A DNA stretch of 64,000 bases from positions 8,172-72,171 of the forward strand of contig JAJRXK010000108.1 in NCBI GenBank assembly GCA_024276305.1. Direction: 5' to 3'. The notes under the pieces were generated by a model that ran no database searches, had not been told where the DNA came from, and saw nothing but the letters and a program-made list of their open reading frames with translations. Both the position numbers and the translations under genes were made by a program. The DNA comes from Candidatus Krumholzibacteriota bacterium (GTDB lineage Bacteria > Krumholzibacteriota > Krumholzibacteriia > JAJRXK01). The first letter of the stretch is position 1. The number at the start of each line of letters is the position of its first letter. Shown here piece after piece: positions 20,174 through 28,452 of this stretch.

Positions 20174-20796
20174 GCTTTCACCTCATCGGTGGCGGGAGCC
20201 TCGAATCCCGCCTCTACGAAGGCCAGAAGTCGCCGCAACTGTCGTTCGGGATCGGTGTCCCGAGAGCGGAGCTCCTCTGGTCCGGAGGGGACGGTGGAGT
20301 GCAGCATCGCGCCGATCATGAATCGAAAGCGCGCCTGGATCTCCTCGGGAGAGAGTTCGGGGCAGATGGGCAGGAGAATGCGGTAGCGCTCGATGACGGG
20401 GCCGAAGAGCCGGTCGAAGTGGCGGGTGGTGATGGCGCCGTCCTCGTGAAGGATGCGCGCCAGTCCCATCAGAATCCACGCGTCGACCCGGCGCAGTTGC
20501 TCCACGGCCGGTCGAAGGAAGGACTCCAGGACTCGGCGCAGGCTGGGAAGGGCCGGGGCCGCCTCTGCGATGGCCAAGTCCAGGCGGCGGATCCGCTCCT
20601 CGTTGATGGGGCCGATGCGTCGCTGGAACACCGCCTCGAGGAGATGTTCCTTCGAACCGAAGTGATAGTGGACGGCGGCCAGATTCACTTCCGCCGCCTC
20701 GGTGATCGCGCGCAGGGAGGCCCGATCGTATCCGTGCTCGGCGAAGAGTCGCTCGGCGTGGTCGAGGATCCTCTCGCGGGTATCGGGTCGGGGCAT
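20170..20796 (-). CDS. TetR family regulator, PsrA-like
   Basis: TRERILDHAERLFAEHG..SLRAIT..AEVNLAAVHYHFGSK. Confidence 0.93.
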   Translation of the reverse strand: MPRPDTRERILDHAERLFAEHGYDRASLRAITEAAEVNLAAVHYHFGSKEHLLEAVFQRRIGPINEERIRRLDLAIAEAAPALPSLRRVLESFLRPAVEQLRRVDAWILMGLARILHEDGAITTRHFDRLFGPVIERYRILLPICPELSPEEIQARFRFMIGAMLHSTVPSGPEELRSRDTDPERQLRRLLAFVEAGFEAPATDEVKA

Positions 20797-20825
20797 CGCA
20801 GGTCCTGGGTCAGAGGAATCGGATG

Positions 20826-20866
20826 CAGGATTCGAACGAGTGTTTCAAACGGACGTTTGAATCCTG
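20826..20866. promoter_or_regulatory. Tandem TetR (PsrA-type) operator
   Basis: Perfect palindrome TTCAAACG-GA-CGTTTGAA (20844-20861) overlapping a degenerate copy TTCGAACG-AG-TGTTTCAA (20831-20848), just upstream of the tetR start. Confidence 0.8.
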
Positions 20867-20934
20867 ACCCCCAAGATCGGAGTGGAAGCTCTCGCCCGCA
20901 ACGGCTTGGGGATCTCTTGGGCGCCCACCCTCCT

Positions 20935-23900
20935 TCAGGGAGATCCGTCCTCCAACGGAAGCCCAAGAGCCCAAAGGAGTTGTGCTCGCCTTGACTGGAG
21001 TTGGGCCTGGGCCCGGACCCAGCGGCTCTCGGCCCGGGTGCGGGCCGTCTCGGCGTCGAGGAGGCGAGTCAGAGTGGCCCGGCCTTCGCGGTAACGGAGT
21101 TGGATCACCCGATAGGCTTCGGCCGCGGCCCGTCGGCCCTCAGAAGCCGCGGTCAGCTGGGCTTCGGCCGTCGAGAGGGCGGAACGGGCGACTTCGATCT
21201 GTCGGCGGATCTCGCGATCGCGGCGGCTTCGCTCGTACTCGGCCTGCCGGGCCCGGGCTCGGGCTCGGGCACTGCGGGCGGAGATCTCTCCCCCCGACCA
21301 CGGGGTCCAATGCAAACCGGCGGCGAGGTCCACCGAATCGTCCCGGAGTTGCGGGTCGGCCTCCGGCCAGAAGGTGCTCCATCGGGCATAGGCCACGACT
21401 TCGGGCCAACGCTCCCGGTGGGCGGCTTCGGCCTGGGCCTGGGCCCCGGCCAGTCGGTGGGTCGCGGCCTCGAGTTCCGGACGCCGCGGCGCCTTCACCC
21501 CGAGGGGCTCGGGGGGGACCATCACTTCGGAAGCTTCGGCCAGGGGGGGCAGCTCCTCGAGGGGGATCCCCAGGAGTTCGGCCAGGAAGGACCTCGCTTC
21601 CGTCCAGGCTCCGTGGGCCGCCACCCGAGCGGCGCGGACTTCGGCCGCCCGTGCTTCGAGCTGGAGGAGGTCGGCCTCGAGAGCTCTTCCGGCTTCGGCC
21701 CGCAGGCGGGCGTCGTCCACTTCGCCTTGGACCAGGGTCAACGCCGATTCCTGGACCCGCACTTCGGCCCGGGCCGACTGGACGAGGAAGTAGACTCGGG
21801 CCAGATCGACTTCGAGCTGTCGAGTGCGGGCTCGATGCAGAGCCTCTTCCGACTTCCATTGGAGGCGGGCCGCGCGAATCGAGGACTCGCGGGAAGCGCT
21901 GAAGATCTGCCAATCCGCTCGGGCCTCGCCGGTGATCAGATTCACGCTGGCATCGGGATCGAAGGCCAACAGATCCTCGGGGCCGCGGATGTCGCGGAGT
22001 TGCACTCCGAAACTCTGAGCGGGATCACTGGTGCGCAGGAAGTTTCCCGACACCGACAGGCGTGGCCAACGCGCGGCGCGAGCCAGCCCGTAGTCCGCCG
22101 ATGAGGCCTCGACCGCAGACTCGGAGATCGCCCACTGGGCGTTGTTCGCGCGCAGGTGCCCGAGGGCATCGTCCAGGCTCAGCTCGGTCGCCGTGGCCGG
22201 CACCGTCCCCCCCAAGGTCCACAGCCCGAGCAGTACTCCTGCGGTGGTGAGGCCTCCGAGCCGGCGTCGACGCCCGCGGCCGGCGACTTCGCGCCGCATG
22301 AATTCGAGGGTGAGTGCGGGCACCAGAACCAGCGTGACCACCGTCGAAGCTCCGAGCCCGCCGATGACCACCCAACCCAGGGGTCCCCACATCGATCCGC
22401 CGAAGAGGGTCAGGGGCAAGAGCCCCGCTTGCGTGGTGAGGGTGGTGAGAAGAATGGGCTGCAGTCGGGTCTGGGCTCCGCGGCGGACGGCCTCGGACAG
22501 TTCCATTCCCTCGCGCAGGTTCCGGCTGATGCGGTCCACGAGCACGATGGCGTCGTTGACCACGATGCCGGTCAACGCGAGGAGCCCGATGAAGGCGGTG
22601 AATCCGAACGGCCAGCCACTCACCAGCAGTCCGACCACCGCTCCCGCCAGCGCCACCGGGATGCTGGTGAAGATCACGAAGGGCAACTTGAAGGACGAGA
22701 ACTGCAGCACCAAAATGCCGTAGATGAGCCCCAGGGCGATGAGCACATTCTGGAGCATGCTCAGAAAGGCGCGATCGCGTTCCTCGTCTTCGCCGATCAC
22801 TTCCCAGGATTCGCGGCCGTCGAGGGGGAGCCCTTTGACGGTGGGCATGAGGTCGGCCACGATCTCCGTGGCCAACCGGCCATCGAGATCGGCCCCTACG
22901 ACCACCGATCGTTCGAGGTCGGTGTGCATGATCCGCGCATAGGTCGGCGCCAGCCGCGGGGAGCTCAGTGACGAGAGGGGAACCGGAGCCGAACCTGCCA
23001 CCGGAATCCGGATGCGGGCGAGGTCGTCGAAGCTCTCCCGACCCTCGGGGGCGACGCGGACCACGACGTCGATGTCCTCGTCCTGACGGCGCAGGGTCGT
23101 CGCCGTCGCCCCGGCCATGGCCACCCGGATCTCCGCCGCCACCATTGCGGTTTCCAACCCGGCGCGTTGGACCTTGACCGGGTCCAAGCGGAGGTCGAGG
23201 CGTGGCGGACCGGGTTTGAGATCGTGCGACACATTGATGGCGCCGGGAATCTCGTGTAGCGCGGCGGCGAGCTGGTCGGCGTGGGCCCGCAGGCGTTCGA
23301 GGTCGGGGCCCTTGAGGCGAATCGAGACCGGCATTCCCACCGGGGGACCCTGCACGAAGAGCTTGGTCTCGAGGTCCAGTTTCGGGTGCTGAGCGAAGGC
23401 GCGGCGGATCTCCCGGGCGAAGTCGGGGATCTCTTTCGACCGGGATCGGGGGACGGTGACCAGCAATTCGGCAAAGTTCGCCTGCTCGAAACTCCGAATG
23501 ATGTTGTAGTAGGTAAGGGGATTTCCCTTGCCCACGTTGGTGGTCACGTGCACCGCCATGTCCTGGGCGCGGACAAAGTTCTCGACTTCGATGGCGGCGG
23601 CTTCGGTGGCTTGGAAGTTCGTCGCCTGGGGAGTCTTCACTCGAATCAACAGCTGCGGTTTGTCGTCGGCCCTCGGGAAGAAATTGAATCCAACCTGAGT
23701 GCTGAGGGTCATCACCAGGGCCGACGCAACGAAGATGGTGAGAATGGTGGTCCGCGGCTTGCGGTCCAAGGTCTCCAGCACTCGAGCGTAGAAGCCCTGG
23801 GAGGCGAAGCGATTCAGCGCGGGTTGGAGCCCCTGCGGTCGGGCGGCCGCGTCGGTGGCGAAGAGGCGTGAGGCGATGAGTGGGGTCGCGAAGAGGGCCA

Positions 23901-25320
23901 CCGCCAGGCTGACGAGGAGCACCACCGAGACCACCGAGGGAATGTCGCGGGTGAAGTCTCCAACGGACCCGGCCATGAAGAGCATGGGCACGAAGGCCGC
24001 AATCGTGGTGGCCGTGCTGCTGGTGATGGCCGAGGCCACCTGCCCCGTGCCTTCGATGGCGGCGTCGCGGGCGCTGCGTCCCCGATGTCGTTCGTAGAGA
24101 ATCGCTTCGAAGACCACCACCGCATTGTCGACCAAGAGGCCCAGCACCACCACCAGACCGGCGATGGACATCTGCTGGAGAGAGATGCCGCAGGATTCGA
24201 GGAGCCAGAAGCTGATCCCGACGGCGAGGAACATGGCCGTGGAGGCTACCACCGCGGCGCGCCATCCCACGAGAAGGACGACGAAGAAGACGATGATCCC
24301 CGCGCCCTGGAAGAGGCTCATCCCGAAGGTCGACAGGCGGGCGTGCACGTCCTCGCTCTGATCGAGGACGATCTCGGCCTGGATGTGAGAGGGAAGACTC
24401 TTTCGAAAGTCGTCGAAGCGGTCGCGGGCGGACTCGGTCAGCGCGAAGACATTGCGGCCTTCCTTCAGAGTGGCAGTGACGAGAGTGGCCGGTCGGCCGT
24501 CTTGCCGGACCAAGTAGGTCGCATCTTCATATCCCCAGCTCACGGTGGCAAAGTCGCCGAGGCGCACCGGTCTTCCGTCCACGCTCCGCAGAACGGTGTC
24601 GCGAATCTGGTCGAGCGTCTCGAAACGCGAATTGGGCCGGATGCTCAACTTTCGGGGACCGGTCACCAGAGTGCCGCCGGGGAGGTCTCCGTTGGCCGAC
24701 GCGAGCGCGGCCATCACTCGTTGCAGGGTCAGCCCGGCGCTGGCCATTCGGGCGGGATTCACCAGCACTTGCACTTGGGTGTCCAATTCTCCTTCGACTC
24801 GGACTTCCTTGACGTCGGGCAGAGTGTTCCAACGGTCCTGGAGTTCTTCGGCCCAATCCCTGAGCTCTTCGGCGGTGGCGGTGGAGGAGGAGATCGCCGC
24901 CTGCAACACGGTGACCGAAGAGGGCTGGATCGAGCGCAGGGAGAGTTCGACCACTCCCTGCGGGAGGTCCGCCTGGACCGCGTTCACGCGCTGGACGAAT
25001 TCGTCGTAGGCATTCTCCTTGTCGGAATCATCCACCCATTCCGCGGTGATCACCGCTACACCGTCCGCCGCAATGGACTCGATGATCTCCACGTCCTCGA
25101 GTTCGTGGATGGATTCTTCGAGGGGCTCGAGCACGCGATTCTCGAGCTCCTCGGGGGTGGCTGCGGGATAGATCACGGTGACGATCCCGCCGAAGGAAGG
25201 CAGCTCCGGGTCTTCTTGCCGAGGCATCTTCAGAAAGCTCACCGCGCCCAGGACGACCGCGGCCAGGGTCAGGACGATGACGAAGCGGTAGTTGGCGAAA
25301 GCAAACCGGGTGGGATTCAT
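20935..25320 (-). CDS. RND permease fused to a C-terminal TolC-like outer membrane channel
   Basis: aa 1-~1007 AcrB-like (GLLVDNAVVV, GIVVNDAIVL, RLQPILLTTLTT); signal-like linker; last ~417 aa TolC-like (LSLDDAL, RRPEL, RYREGRAT..LLDAE). Confidence 0.9.
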   Translation of the reverse strand: MNPTRFAFANYRFVIVLTLAAVVLGAVSFLKMPRQEDPELPSFGGIVTVIYPAATPEELENRVLEPLEESIHELEDVEIIESIAADGVAVITAEWVDDSDKENAYDEFVQRVNAVQADLPQGVVELSLRSIQPSSVTVLQAAISSSTATAEELRDWAEELQDRWNTLPDVKEVRVEGELDTQVQVLVNPARMASAGLTLQRVMAALASANGDLPGGTLVTGPRKLSIRPNSRFETLDQIRDTVLRSVDGRPVRLGDFATVSWGYEDATYLVRQDGRPATLVTATLKEGRNVFALTESARDRFDDFRKSLPSHIQAEIVLDQSEDVHARLSTFGMSLFQGAGIIVFFVVLLVGWRAAVVASTAMFLAVGISFWLLESCGISLQQMSIAGLVVVLGLLVDNAVVVFEAILYERHRGRSARDAAIEGTGQVASAITSSTATTIAAFVPMLFMAGSVGDFTRDIPSVVSVVLLVSLAVALFATPLIASRLFATDAAARPQGLQPALNRFASQGFYARVLETLDRKPRTTILTIFVASALVMTLSTQVGFNFFPRADDKPQLLIRVKTPQATNFQATEAAAIEVENFVRAQDMAVHVTTNVGKGNPLTYYNIIRSFEQANFAELLVTVPRSRSKEIPDFAREIRRAFAQHPKLDLETKLFVQGPPVGMPVSIRLKGPDLERLRAHADQLAAALHEIPGAINVSHDLKPGPPRLDLRLDPVKVQRAGLETAMVAAEIRVAMAGATATTLRRQDEDIDVVVRVAPEGRESFDDLARIRIPVAGSAPVPLSSLSSPRLAPTYARIMHTDLERSVVVGADLDGRLATEIVADLMPTVKGLPLDGRESWEVIGEDEERDRAFLSMLQNVLIALGLIYGILVLQFSSFKLPFVIFTSIPVALAGAVVGLLVSGWPFGFTAFIGLLALTGIVVNDAIVLVDRISRNLREGMELSEAVRRGAQTRLQPILLTTLTTQAGLLPLTLFGGSMWGPLGWVVIGGLGASTVVTLVLVPALTLEFMRREVAGRGRRRRLGGLTTAGVLLGLWTLGGTVPATATELSLDDALGHLRANNAQWAISESAVEASSADYGLARAARWPRLSVSGNFLRTSDPAQSFGVQLRDIRGPEDLLAFDPDASVNLITGEARADWQIFSASRESSIRAARLQWKSEEALHRARTRQLEVDLARVYFLVQSARAEVRVQESALTLVQGEVDDARLRAEAGRALEADLLQLEARAAEVRAARVAAHGAWTEARSFLAELLGIPLEELPPLAEASEVMVPPEPLGVKAPRRPELEAATHRLAGAQAQAEAAHRERWPEVVAYARWSTFWPEADPQLRDDSVDLAAGLHWTPWSGGEISARSARARARARQAEYERSRRDREIRRQIEVARSALSTAEAQLTAASEGRRAAAEAYRVIQLRYREGRATLTRLLDAETARTRAESRWVRAQAQLQSRRAQLLWALGLPLEDGSP

Positions 25321-26414
25321 CGCTGCACCTCGTCGACGATCCGAAGTGCATCGCCCTCTCGGAGAGTGTCGGGAGCGTGGTCGACGACCCGGTCGCCGGC
25401 CCGGATTCCCGCGAGGATCTCGACCCAGTCACCGCGGACGGGTCCGGTCTGGACCTTCAGGCGGTGGATTCGACCCCCCTCGATTCTCCACACGCTCGCT
25501 CCGTCGTCTCCGATGCGGAGGGCGGAGAGGGGCAGGACCACCCGGGAGGCTTCGGCCGAGGTAGGGGAGGTGAATTCGACTTGGGCCACCAAGCCGGGGA
25601 GGAGGGATCGCTGCGCATTGTCGACCACCACTCGCAGGAGAACGGCCCCCGACCGCGGATCGCTCTCGAGGGGCGGATGGTCCACGCGGCCGGTGGCGGC
25701 GCCGACCCCCGGAACCACGACCTGGACCGCCGCATCGAGGTCGATGCTTCCGAGGTCGCCGGCGGCCACCGCCAGGTCGACTTCGAGCTCGTCGGTGGCG
25801 ATGACTTCGAAGGCCACCGCGCCCGGAGCGACCACCTCGCCGCTCTCCACCAGGCGCCGGCGGACCCATCCGCCGAAGGGAGCGCGGAGTTGGGACCGAT
25901 CGATCCTCCACTGGGCCAGACGAAGGGTGGCCCGTGCGGCCCGCACTTCGGCCTCCTGCCCGTCGAATTCTTCGTCGGAGAGGGCCTTCTGGTCCTTGAG
26001 ACGGCGGCTGCGTTGGAGACTCTTCTCCAGATAGTCGGTACGCGCCTTTGCCCGGGCGACCGCCGTTTCGAAGGGCACCGGGTCCAGCCGAGCCAGCACC
26101 TCTCCGGCTCCGACCTCTTGGCCCTCGTCGAAGGTCCATTCGGCGATCACCCCGTCGACGGCGAAGGAGAGCGTGGCCCGTCGGCGCGCACGCAGAGTCC
26201 CGTCGGCGGTGAGTGGGGAGGTCGAGGCTCTGTCTCTGAGAGCCTCGGCTCGGACGACTCGAAGGGCTCGGGGGGCCGGGGACTGATCCGGGGAGGCCGC
26301 GGCGGAGGGCATTCCACCGCAGGCGCCGAGGCTCAGGAGGAGGAGAGTCGAGACGGTCAGGCCGGCCTGCCTTCGGATTCCGGGGCGGATCGGAGTTGGG
26401 TCGAATGTGGACAT
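25317..26414 (-). CDS. RND periplasmic adaptor (MFP) lipoprotein
   Basis: LGAC lipobox, LSFAVDGVI, LRAPFGGWV, LLPGLVA; ATGA overlap with the fusion gene. Confidence 0.92.
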   Translation of the reverse strand: MSTFDPTPIRPGIRRQAGLTVSTLLLLSLGACGGMPSAAASPDQSPAPRALRVVRAEALRDRASTSPLTADGTLRARRRATLSFAVDGVIAEWTFDEGQEVGAGEVLARLDPVPFETAVARAKARTDYLEKSLQRSRRLKDQKALSDEEFDGQEAEVRAARATLRLAQWRIDRSQLRAPFGGWVRRRLVESGEVVAPGAVAFEVIATDELEVDLAVAAGDLGSIDLDAAVQVVVPGVGAATGRVDHPPLESDPRSGAVLLRVVVDNAQRSLLPGLVAQVEFTSPTSAEASRVVLPLSALRIGDDGASVWRIEGGRIHRLKVQTGPVRGDWVEILAGIRAGDRVVDHAPDTLREGDALRIVDEVQR

Positions 26415-26456
26415 CGGAGAAATTCCTTGGGGAGGGGAGTGGGACGACAAGTGTCT

Positions 26457-26472
26457 ACTGAACGTTCAGTCA
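26457..26472. promoter_or_regulatory. TetR operator upstream of the MFP-RND::TolC operon
   Basis: Perfect palindrome ACTGAACGTTCAGT followed by CA; near-identical copy at 27233. Confidence 0.8.
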
Positions 26473-26529
26473 GTAGCTTGGGTGGCAAGAGGGGGGAAGG
26501 CGAGGTGTCCATGGGATCCTTCGCGCGAA

Positions 26530-27195
26530 TCAGGAAGAAGGGGGGGAGGTCGCGATGCCTCGCATGAAGACCTCGATGGCGTGCTCGAGGTATTCGAGGT
26601 CACGGTCTTCGCAGCCCTCCACGAGTCCACACTCGAGGAGGTGGGAGCCCTTGCTCATGTGCCACATGAGGCAGATGTCAACGAAGGTCTTGACCACGAA
26701 TCCGGGATCGAGCTCGGGACGGATGAAACCCGCCGCCTGCCCTTCGGCGATGCGTTGGGCGCCGAGGACCTCGAGTTCCGCACCGAGCTCTCGCTTGTGG
26801 ACGAGAGGCTTGTCCTTCCATCCCTGATTCGCCATCCACCAGGCCAGAAGGCGGGGGACGTGGGGGTTCTCCTTCAGGAAGTGGAAGTAGAGCCGGATGG
26901 CCTGTTCGAGCAAATCGGGGCCCACCTCCTGGGCCCCCGACAGCATCGCCATCATCCCATCGAAGTAGGGAGCGAAGACCTCTTCCATGACCGCGTCGAA
27001 GAGATCCTGCTTGCCTTCGAAGTAGTGGTAGATGAGTCCCTGAGGGACTTCGGCCTTGGTGGCGATGATCCCGGTCCGAGCTCCAGTGAAACCGTGCTCG
27101 ACGAACTCGGCCCGGGCTGCCGACAGGATCGCGGCGCGGGTCCGCTCGGGATCCCGACTTCGGTTCCTGGAGGGGTGGGGTTTCGTCAAGGCCAT
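26530..27195 (-). CDS. TetR/AcrR family regulator
   Basis: DPERTRAAILSAARAEF..GFTGART..IA..GLIYHYFEGK; CAGGAG RBS before ATG 27195. Confidence 0.93.
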   Translation of the reverse strand: MALTKPHPSRNRSRDPERTRAAILSAARAEFVEHGFTGARTGIIATKAEVPQGLIYHYFEGKQDLFDAVMEEVFAPYFDGMMAMLSGAQEVGPDLLEQAIRLYFHFLKENPHVPRLLAWWMANQGWKDKPLVHKRELGAELEVLGAQRIAEGQAAGFIRPELDPGFVVKTFVDICLMWHMSKGSHLLECGLVEGCEDRDLEYLEHAIEVFMRGIATSPPSS

Positions 27196-27220
27196 CTCCT
27201 GGGGTTCTGCGGACGGGGCC

Positions 27221-27249
27221 AAGGTAGCGTTAACTGAACGATCAGTCAA
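27221..27249 (-). promoter_or_regulatory. Sigma70-like promoter of tetR overlapped by an autoregulatory operator
   Basis: Minus strand TTGACT-17 nt-TACCTT; operator ACTGAACGATCAGTCA (27233-27248) covers the -35 and spacer. Confidence 0.75.
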
Positions 27250-27359
27250 TACCTCTGGTTGCATTTTGGGGGGCGGCGGGTGGAGTCTCCGTCCTTCTCA
27301 GTCCTGGAGGGCTGCCGTATCTTGCCGCCGGAGCAGGATCGCCCCGGCCGGAGACCCGC

Positions 27360-28448
27360 ATGCGCCTTTTTCGTGACCTGTTGAACTTGGCCAGTGCGGC
27401 AGCGGTGGCGGGGATGCTTCTCTGGGTCTTCGGCGCCGAATTCGCGAATTCGGTGGCTCCCTATCCCTTCGATGAAACGATCGGACGTCACCTGCCCGCC
27501 CCGGGATCGAGCCTTCGTTTCCGGACCGAAGGTTGGGCGACCACCCACTATGCCGAGCACGGCTTGTTGGCGGTGGACGTCGAGGCCCTCGCCTCTCGGC
27601 CCGACACCCTTCCGCCCCCGATCCTCGTCGGAGTGTGGGGAGACTCCTTCGTGCAGGGGGTCCACGTCGACGACGGGATGAAGTTCAGTAGCCAGTTCCG
27701 TCGGCTCCTGGGCGACGACTCGGAGGTCGCGTTGGTTGCGATCGGCCAGCCGGGTTGGGATGTCACCGATGTGGTCGACCTCGTCGACCGATACGAGGCC
27801 CTCTACGACTTCGAGGCTCAGCTCCTCGTGCTTCACGACCTCTTCGACTTCTCCCCCAACGAAGAGACCTTCGTGACCGATCCCGCCTTTCGCTTCGTGT
27901 CCCGCGAGCGCCACCCTCCGGCCCCGCGCCTGCGGTCGCGGTTGGCCGCGCTGCGCTTGGACTTCGTGTGGGTCTCCTGGGAACGCCTGTTCCTGGCCCA
28001 CCGCAATCCCGTCGGGGGCGCGCCCCTGCGTTGGAGGCCCGGTCCGGTCCCGTCGACCGCCAAGACCTGGCCGAGTTGGACCCAACTCGAGGAGGTGTCG
28101 CCTGCGGCCTGGGACTTTGCCCTCGACCGTCTCGTCGGCAGTTCGCAACGACGGTGGACCATCGTCTACATCCCGAGAATCCCCTTCTTCGACGGAGGTC
28201 GGGTGCAGCTTGAAGAGCCTGCGGTGGGGATCGTGCGACGCTTCGCCGAACACTGCTCGGCGCGCGGCGTGGAGTTCGTCGATCTCTCGGACCGACTGAA
28301 AGCCTTCTACCTCGACCGCGGACGCTCCGCCTTCGGCTTCGACAACGGCCAGGTGGGTCGCGGCCACCTCAATGCCGATGGCCATCGCATTCTGGCCGAG
28401 GCCCTGGTCGAGTGGAGCCGTGAGCAGGGCTTCGGGGTGGACGACTAG
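27360..28448 (+). CDS. Membrane-anchored SGNH-like hydrolase/O-acetyltransferase partner
   Basis: N-terminal TM, WGDSF (block I), GHLNADGH (block V-like); directly upstream of the MBOAT gene. Confidence 0.7.
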   Translation: MRLFRDLLNLASAAAVAGMLLWVFGAEFANSVAPYPFDETIGRHLPAPGSSLRFRTEGWATTHYAEHGLLAVDVEALASRPDTLPPPILVGVWGDSFVQGVHVDDGMKFSSQFRRLLGDDSEVALVAIGQPGWDVTDVVDLVDRYEALYDFEAQLLVLHDLFDFSPNEETFVTDPAFRFVSRERHPPAPRLRSRLAALRLDFVWVSWERLFLAHRNPVGGAPLRWRPGPVPSTAKTWPSWTQLEEVSPAAWDFALDRLVGSSQRRWTIVYIPRIPFFDGGRVQLEEPAVGIVRRFAEHCSARGVEFVDLSDRLKAFYLDRGRSAFGFDNGQVGRGHLNADGHRILAEALVEWSREQGFGVDD

Positions 28449-28452
28449 CGCC

